64,000 nucleotides of DNA from Scyliorhinus canicula (taxonomy: Eukaryota). The translations under genes and the position numbers were made by a program. The notes beneath the pieces are model-generated. The model was not told where the DNA came from and made no database searches. It saw nothing but the letters and a program-made list of their open reading frames with translations. Where the stretch lies: assembly GCF_902713615.1 (NCBI RefSeq), contig NC_052158.1, forward strand, positions 43,673,159 through 43,737,158, written 5' to 3'. Shown piece after piece: positions 56,044 to 64,000 of the stretch (position 1 is its first letter; the number at the start of each line of letters is the position of its first letter).

Positions 56044-57484
56044 GTAGGTGTACTTCTGTTACTGATGGAGGAACAGGTCCTCCTTGCGTGTTAGCAGATT
56101 TTATGAGCCTGTGGAGCCCTCACAATTGACCAGCCTCTCACTGATAAGAATGAGGCAGTGGTTCATGAGGCTCCATGAATTATTGAAGCTCTCACCACAC
56201 TTGGAGCCTTTCACAATTCTTCCCAGCCTCACCCAGACCGATCACCCACAGCCGAACCTTCGGAAAGGTTAGTTCTGATGGAAGGTTCCACACTACTGAC
56301 CAGTTTAAGATCTGATGATGTGTCAAAGCTCCCCTGACCAAACCAATTTCCAGATTATGCCTTTACTGCACAATCTTCTCTGTGTTTAGGAATACTGGAT
56401 GTCTTCGCAAAATGTGTAGTTGTTCCTTGGGCGACGCTCAGGATCTATCTGCGGTGTCTATCCCCTCTGTACTCTCCGGTTTAGTACGGTGCAATCCTTC
56501 TGTAAACAGGAAAAGGAAACATGATTTCCTCCAACTCCCTCTTCTCCTTTGCTGAAGGGTCTGATTCCTCAGTCAAAGACTGTTCCGCAGTGTGTGCCAG
56601 TCTGCTATTCCCCTGTGTGAAAGTCATTTCTTTGTATTCACCTGACTGTCATACACCCTCTGTTTCCAGCACATGGACACGGGATAGTGATCAGAAGCAG
56701 ACAACGTGACTACTTTCTTTCTTCCACCCAGTCCCCATCTTCCCAGGTGCTCTGAGAACAATGGAAAAGACAGTTGGGCAGAGTACAAACGGGTTATCAA
56801 TTCACTATGAACTCGAGTTGTGCTGATAAAGACCAGTTTTACCCTTATAGTATACGTTGAAAATAAAAAAAACTCAGGAGAAATGTTAATTTAATCGAGA
56901 TTTTGAAATTTCTCCCCTTGTTTTCCAAAATTATTTGAAGGGAACTCACTGGGCAGGAAGTCCTGGAAGCTAAAGAAAATATTGATACAGTGTAGCTGAT
57001 TGATGGCTTCTGGTTTATCCTGAGAAATTAGACACATTGCACTCACTCAGATTGCACATCTCAAATTCAGCTCTCACACACAGCACTGGGCAAAACTATC
57101 AAATCCAAGGCCAGGCTTCTGGGAAAGGCTGATGCCTCCAGGTAAAACCTTTAAAGAAGACATTAAAATATATTTCAATAAATGTGTCTCTGCCCCTCCC
57201 AGATAAATACACCTCACCTTCTCATATTCAGCAATGACCCATCAACAAAACTCAGACTGTAAATCAGAAGGGAAATGCTTCCAATAAACACCCTCAATAT
57301 CCAACACACAGCCAATCAAACAGCTCAGCACAAAGCACCGAGTAAACAGGTCTGTGAGCTGGATCTTCTCACACAGCATAAGGGGCATTTCCACAGCTGA
57401 TTGCCCACAGGATAGTCAGACTGCCTGAACATTAGTGTGGATATTGTGCAATGTAATGATTGTAAATTGTGCTCCTTCACTCAC

Positions 57485-57590
57485 CATCTCCTGACTTGGT
57501 TTTGAGTCCCTACAGGAAGTGAAGCAGCTGTGGTAGAGGAAGAGGAGAGAATGGGCAGAGTGGGTGGGCTCTCTGATTGACGTCTCTCAC
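57485..57590 (-). promoter_or_regulatory. Putative promoter and short first exon of the ZNF gene
   Basis: ETS-type ACAGGAAGTG (57512-57521, conserved in the paralog at 5611-5620), TGACGTC at 57578-57584, and ATG|GTGAGT donor at 57485/57484. Confidence 0.45.
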
Positions 57591-58309
57591 AGACAATCCA
57601 AATATTTCTGCAGGAACAGGAGTTTCCTGAAGTTTGGGAAACTGACCTGGGAAACGGAGGAGACTTTGAGCAGCAGATCAGGTGGGGATTTAAACTTGTC
57701 ATTGTCCCATCTGAATAAAACCTCACTTATTGCAGCTGCTGTCTCAGTTCCCCTGGTAAACGTTTGACAGAGATTTCTAGTGTGGGAACAGCATTCTTCA
57801 CCCTCGGAGGCTTTCAAACTGACAACATCCGTGTGGGATGTGTAGCCTCGGATGTTTTTGACAGCAGATCTGAAGAGGACCCACAGCATCTGGAACAGTG
57901 ATGACGTGCAGTGGTAGGGTCAGCACATGCACAGGGGAGAGGGACATTGGAGGTAGGGGCTAGAAGGAAAGAGGCATGGAAGAGAGGGACTGAGAATCGA
58001 GTGTTAGATTGTGCCAGTCCTTGGGGAGCGACACTGTGTCTCAGTGACTCTGGCTTGGGGGATTAAGAACTTGACTCAGGGAGTGGTGGGAATCATTGTG
58101 GAAAATTTGACTAACCAACCAAAGATCAATTGATAATGGGAATTTCCAGTCCCTCTGTTTCTCTCCACAGATGCTGCCTGACCTGCTGAGTATTTCCAAA
58201 ATTTGTTGTTTCGATTCTAGCTTTTAAGGCACAAAACAGACCATTCGGCCCATCTTTCTACCGTTTCTATTACTCCACATGGCCTTTCTCCCTACCAATT
58301 TTATCTCAC

Positions 58310-61300
58310 TCTTGTGTTGGGTACACTGCCCTCACACTGGCTGCAACTGGATGCAGCTTAGATCAGAAAGATACTCCAGACCTTGAAGTTAGTTCAATCA
58401 GGTTTATTGAACTAATAGCACAGTCAGCACAGTTCTCTGTGAGTTTGACTCTCTGCTAATTTAAATGTGGTTACTCTGTCTGACTGAACCAGACCAGCTC
58501 TAAGCCACGTGGTGGAGGTGTGAGATTGTAACAACACCCTTGACTGACTCTCTAGATGTTCATCAGTGGAAAGAGGAGGTGAGTGCCTTGTGTCTTTTAT
58601 AGTCAGATCCCACCCCTGAGTGTCCTGCCTGCTTATTGGTCATGGCCTGTTTTCTGTGTCCATTAGCTGCTTGTCTGTATATCATTATATGTGTGTCTGT
58701 GTATCATGACATCTCCCCTTTTTTATGTTTGGATGACATATGTGAACGTATTTGCAAGAATAGGCCAATATTAACATATGTACATGCAGTGGATGTGAAC
58801 ATATGTACATGTGAAACCAGCTGTCTAATGTGAGAACACGGAACATAGCAAAGAGAACAAATGTTTATAAGTCCAGTCTCTGTGGCTTGCAACTGATCCT
58901 GGTCGACCGCTGGAGAGGTGGTGGTGGGGACGACAGCGCCTGGGGTGGGATTGAAGCCTGACTGGTGGCCTCGTGAGTCGAGGTATCAGGAGGTGGCAAA
59001 ACAACAGAAGGAAACGGAGACGAATATGGTTGTGAACAGGCAACTTTGCACAGTACCCGTCTGTTTCATCGCACAACAGAACCATCAGCCAGATGCAAAA
59101 CATACGAGCGGGGGGCAGCCTGTCGAACAACGACAGCTGAAGCTGACCAGCCTCCATCAGGGATCTTGACCCAAACAGTGTCTGATGGGGATAACACAGG
59201 CAAATCAGTGGCGTGAGCATCATAGCACTGTTTGTGCCGGTCTCGGAGTTGCTGCACCTTCTGTAGCACCGGCAGGTGATCCAGGTTGGGCACATGTATG
59301 GCTGGAAGTGTTGTTCACAGGTCCCTATTCATCAGGAGTTGAGCCGGCGACATGCCAGTGGACAGTGGGGTCGCCCTCTACGCAAGCAGTGCAAGGTGAT
59401 TGTCAGACGCAGAATCCGTGGTCTTGCAGATGAGCTGCTTCACTGTGTGCACCCCTCTCTCAACTTTTCCGTTGGACTGCGGACAGTGTGGGCTGGAGGT
59501 GACGTGTTTGAACTGATACGACTGGGCAAACACAGACCATTCATGGCTGCTGAACCACGGGCCACTGTCACTCATGACAGTGAGTGGGATACCATGCCTG
59601 GAGAATGTCTCCTTACAGGCCTTGATGATGGTCCAAGGTGTGAGGTATGAGAGTTCACAACTTCAGGGTAATTGGAAAAGTAATCAATGATTAACGCGTA
59701 ATCACAACCATTTGCATGAAAGAAGTCGATGCCAACCTTGGACCACAGAGAGGTTTCGATTTCATGCTGCTGAAGTGTCCCCTTACTCTGCATTGGCTGG
59801 AAGCATTGACAGGTCGCACAGTTAAGGACCATGTTTGCGATGTCCTGGCTGATCCCGGGCCAGTAGACAGCCTGCCTGGCTCTGCGTCTGCACTTTTCCA
59901 CACCCAGGTGGCCCTCATGGATTTGACAGAGCACCAAGCTCTGGAGACTGTGTGGAATTACAATCTGGTCCAGTTTGAGGAGAATACCATCAACCACCGT
60001 CAGGTCGTCCTTTACATTGAAAAATTGAGGGCACTGCCCTTTTTGCCAGTCATTGGCTAGGTGTTGCATAACACGCTGCAAGAGGGGGTCTTTGGCTGTC
60101 TCTTCACAGATACGAATCACCTTCTCATCAGATACAGGGAGGGTGCTAGCACACAGTTGCACCTGTGACTCAACCTGTGACTCAATTTGCCAGATGACAT
60201 TCAGTGATTCACTAGGGACAGTGTATCGGTGATGATGAGCTCCTTGCCAGGTGTGTAGACCAGGTCAAAGTCGTACCTTCTGAGTTTGAGGAGGATTCGC
60301 TGCAACCGAGCCGTCATGTCATTAAGGTCCTTGTGGATAATGTGGACCAGGGGCCTGTGATCCATCTCGACTGTGAATGGCGGCAGGCCGTAGATATAGT
60401 CGTGAACTTGAGAATGCCAGTGAGAAGGCCCAGGCATTCCTTCTTGATTTGTGCATACCTTTGTTCGGTGGGCGTCATTGCCCTTGATGCGTAGGCAACC
60501 GGTGCCCAGGATGAAGTGTCATCGCATTGCAGCAGGACCGCACCGATGCCACCCTGGTTCGCATCTGTCAAGATTTTAATTTCCCTGTCTGGGTCAAAAA
60601 ATGCCAATACGGTTGCAGTGGTGAGCTTGGCTTTCAGCTCCAGCCACTCTGCCTGATGGGCTGCCTTCCACTCGAAGGCAGTGGACTTGGGTGTGTGAGA
60701 CCATGTTTGCGATGAACTTACCCAGAAAATTGACCATGCCCAGGAAGCGCAATACCGCCTTCTTGTCTTCCGGGACCTTCATGGCTGCGATGGCCTTGAC
60801 CTTGTCTGTGGCGGGGCACAAGCCCTGCTGAGAGATCTGGTCACCTAGGAACTTGAGTGTCAACATGCCAAAGCAACATTAGGCCCTGTTCATCTTCAGG
60901 CCATTGGCGTGGACACGGCAGAATACCTACTGGAGACGGGAAACATGCTCCTCAGGGGTCGTGGACCATATGATGATGTCGTCCACGTACACACAAACCC
61001 CTTCAATGCCCTTCATCATCTGCTCCATGATGCGATGAAATATCTCCGATGCTGAGACAATGCCGAACGGCATACGGTTATAGCAGTACCTGCCAAACGG
61101 TGTGTTGAAGGTGCAGAGCCTTCTGCTGGACTCATCCAGCTGGATTTTCCAGAATCCATGTGACGCAATCTAACTTCATGAAAAATCATGCATGTGCCAT
61201 CTCACTGGTGAGTTCCTCCCGCTTCGGGGTAGGGTAGTGTTCACGCATTATATTCTGGTTGAGATCCTTGGGATCAATGCAGATGCACATGTCTCCAGAT

Positions 61301-63437
61301 GATTTTTAACCACCACCATCAAGCTAACCCAGTCAGTCAGTTCGGTTACCCTGGAAATGATCCCCTGCAGTTGCAGCTCCTTGAGCTGTTCCTTCAGGCA
61401 CTCCTTCACCGGTGTGGTGCATGGACCACTGGCTTGGCATCTGGTCGCAGTAGGATCTTGTACCGATATGGCAAAGTGCCCATCCCGTCAAACACATCTG
61501 GATACTGAGCGAGGATGTCGTCAATACCAGCTTGAAGATCCCCATTGGAGGATGTCGTTGAATAAACCCACTGCACCAGGTTTAGCTTTTTGCAGGCATG
61601 CGCGCCCAATAGGGATGCCATGTCCGGCTTGACAATTTCAAACCTTAGCCGTGCATGGGTACTCCGTTGGAGACGAGTAGATGGCAGGACCCCAGTGCCG
61701 TGATGCCATTACCATTTTAGTCCAGGTCCAGTCCATGCTGGAAGGACCTTGGGGGGCTTCTTGATGCGTTTGAAGTCTGCCTGTGAGAGGAGGTTGGCAG
61801 AAGCACCTGTGTCCAGCTTGAACAGGATGGAGCAGCGGTTGACCTGCATCACCGCACGCCATTCGTCCTCCGAATTCACAGCGAGGATGGACCAAATGGG
61901 AAATGAGTTAGGTGTGGCATGTTCATGTGTGGTAATGATGTCCACTCGGTAGGCGGACTCCAGGCACTCGTCCTCTGGATCCGTTGTACTGCCAGGATCA
62001 GAATCCTGTAATTGTCGTTGCACATTCTGGATGCGTCGTCATCGGAACTGGGAGCGTTGGCCTCTGACTGGTGGTGCAGACTTGTACAAGGCTGCATAGT
62101 ATCCAGGCTTCCAGCAGTTTAAACATCGCTTGCCTCTTGCAGGGCAGTGTCCCTTTAATTAGGCGTTGTCACAGTTCGGGCACGTCATGACGTCAGTGTC
62201 GTGACACGGTGTACGTTGTCGCACATGCACAGTGCGGTCAGCAGACGTCTGCACTTGCGCAGTGTGGGTGTCGGTCGCTTCATTATCCCGTTCGCATCGC
62301 ACATGCGTGAGGCTTCGAGAATAGCGCGCGAGATGGCCGCTGTCTTCAATGCTGAGGCACTGCATCCGGGAGATGGCCTGCACACTCACTGCCTTGTGGG
62401 AGGCAAGTTTATCATTTTCAGCCAATTTGTATTGGGAATACCGATTTTTTGTGTGCTCATGCACTGTACATGTTTCAATCCCGACTGGCAGGGTCATATG
62501 CTTGATTTTTAAGAGCTGCTCTCTCAGAGGATCAGAGTGAACTCCAAGTACGATTTGGTCTCTGATCATGGAATCAGCAATATCACCATAGGTGCAGGAC
62601 AGCACTAGCAGGCAGAAGGTAGTTAAGAAGGCATTGAAAGATTCATCTTTACCTTGAAGACATTGTTTGAATATGTAGTGCTCGAAGATTTCATTGGTGT
62701 CCACTTCACAGTGACTATCGAACTTGTCCAGGATGGTCTGAAACTTTGTCTTATCCTGGTCTTCAGTGAAGTTAAACGAGTTGAAGGGGTTCAATGGCTT
62801 GATCACCTGCTATTGAGAGGAGATGCACGATCTTTCTTGCATCAGACACACCCTCGAGGTCTGAGGCTTCGATGTACAGCAGAAACTTTTGCTTGAATAT
62901 CCGTCAGTTGGCACTGAGATTGCCAGGTCCTAAGCTGGTGTGGAGCCTGAATCTTTTCCATGGTGCCGGGATACATTTGCTGGTCGTCACTGAACGGACT
63001 GAGGTAAGCCACCTTAAATTAGTAATCTCCTGGTATCATGTTGTGTTAGGTACACTGGTCTAACACTGGCTGCAACTGGATGCAGCTTAGATCAGAAAGA
63101 TACTCCAGACCTTGAAGTTAGTTCAATCAGGTTTATGGAACTAATAGTGCAGTCAGCACAGTTCTCTGTGAGTTCGACTCTGCTAATTTAAGTGTGGTTA
63201 CTCTGTCTGACTGAACCAGACAAGCTCATTGCCACGTAGTGAAGGTGAGATTGTAACAACACCCTTGACTGACTCTCTAGATGTTCATCAATGGAAAGAG
63301 GAGTGCGAGTGCCTTGTGTCTTTTAAGGTCAGATCCCACCCCCGAGTGTCCTGCCTGCTTATTGGTCATGGCCTGTTTTCTGTGTCCATTAGCTGCTTGT
63401 CTGTATATCATTATATGTGTGTCTGTGTATCATGACA
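58310..63437 (-). mobile_element. Near full-length Mag-like Gypsy LTR retrotransposon, decayed
   Basis: LTRs 58310-58711 and 63039-63437; PBS-like TGATACCAGG; PPT AAAAAGGGGAGA (58712-58723); gag (QIVLGVHSDPLREQLL), protease LDTGA, RT VYVDDI (~60985), RNase H LTDANQGGIG, integrase HEGHLGVEKC...C..C and SNGKVER. Confidence 0.93.
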
Positions 63438-64000
63438 ACGCTATCAGCAGAGCTTTCTGTTCCTTTCTTCCTCATCTACTTACCTAACTTCCAATCAAAT
63501 ACATTAAAACTACTTGCCTTTACCATTCCCTCTTAGAGCAAGTTCCACATTCCAATTATTCCCTTTGGAATGAGGTTTCTCCTGAATTCCTCATAGGATC
63601 TATTATTGACCAGCTTATATTTCTGGAACCTAGTTATGGACTCACCCACACAAGTGGAAACATCTCTCCATTTACCCCCAAATTCTTGATTTTATATTTT
63701 ATCACTTCAAAGCTTTCTGTGATGTCCCCCCATAGCCTACTCTTTTCTAGAAGAGTGCCAGCCTGTTCGATATTGCCCTGATAGTTACAATCTCTCAATT
63801 CTCAATATCATCCTCTCAATATTTTTTTGCACCTTCTCCAGTTCCTTTCCGTCCTTTTTCAATATGTTGATGTGAACCCTGCACAGCTCTCAGAGGGTCT
63901 AAACAAGGTTCGAGAAAAGTTCAACATCACTTCTCTACTATTCCTCCAAAAATGGACTCCAGTAATATTGTTTGATTTTTTATAAAATGTCCTTGTTGAG

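Noticed and set aside
57587-57889. 100-aa minus ORF as an N-terminal effector exon of the ZNF gene
   Set aside because: No recognisable domain, ends in a stop before the donor, and lies upstream of the putative promoter motifs.

Overview
Vertebrate genomic DNA, inferred to be from a shark (elasmobranch-type class I sequence, tRNA-headed V-SINEs, Penelope, CR1 and L1 repeats); about two-thirds is repeat-derived. The main gene is an intact 7-exon MHC class I heavy chain on + (13137-35207, 350 aa, all junctions phase 1 and GT-AG). It keeps the classical peptide-anchoring residues (Y7, Y59, R84, Y123, T143, K146, W147, Y159, Y171) and has different tandem repeats beside several of its exons, including a 16-copy VNTR immediately upstream of the ATG. 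It lies between two paralogous C2H2 zinc-finger loci on -: a pseudogene at ~3.0-5.6 kb and an 18-finger ORF at 54439-56043. The remainder is nested mobile DNA: Gypsy/Ty3 elements (one with an internal inversion plugged by Penelope fragments, one near full length with two LTRs), a retrovirus-like element with a 1.1-kb LTR, a full-length chimeric L1 with TSD, Harbinger-type MITEs with a decayed autonomous relic, SINEs with four different tails, and Penelope ends carrying minimal hammerhead ribozyme motifs (one with a U3-A8 covariant core). All calls were read by eye. No database search or alignment was run, and repeat boundaries are approximate unless a TSD is given.
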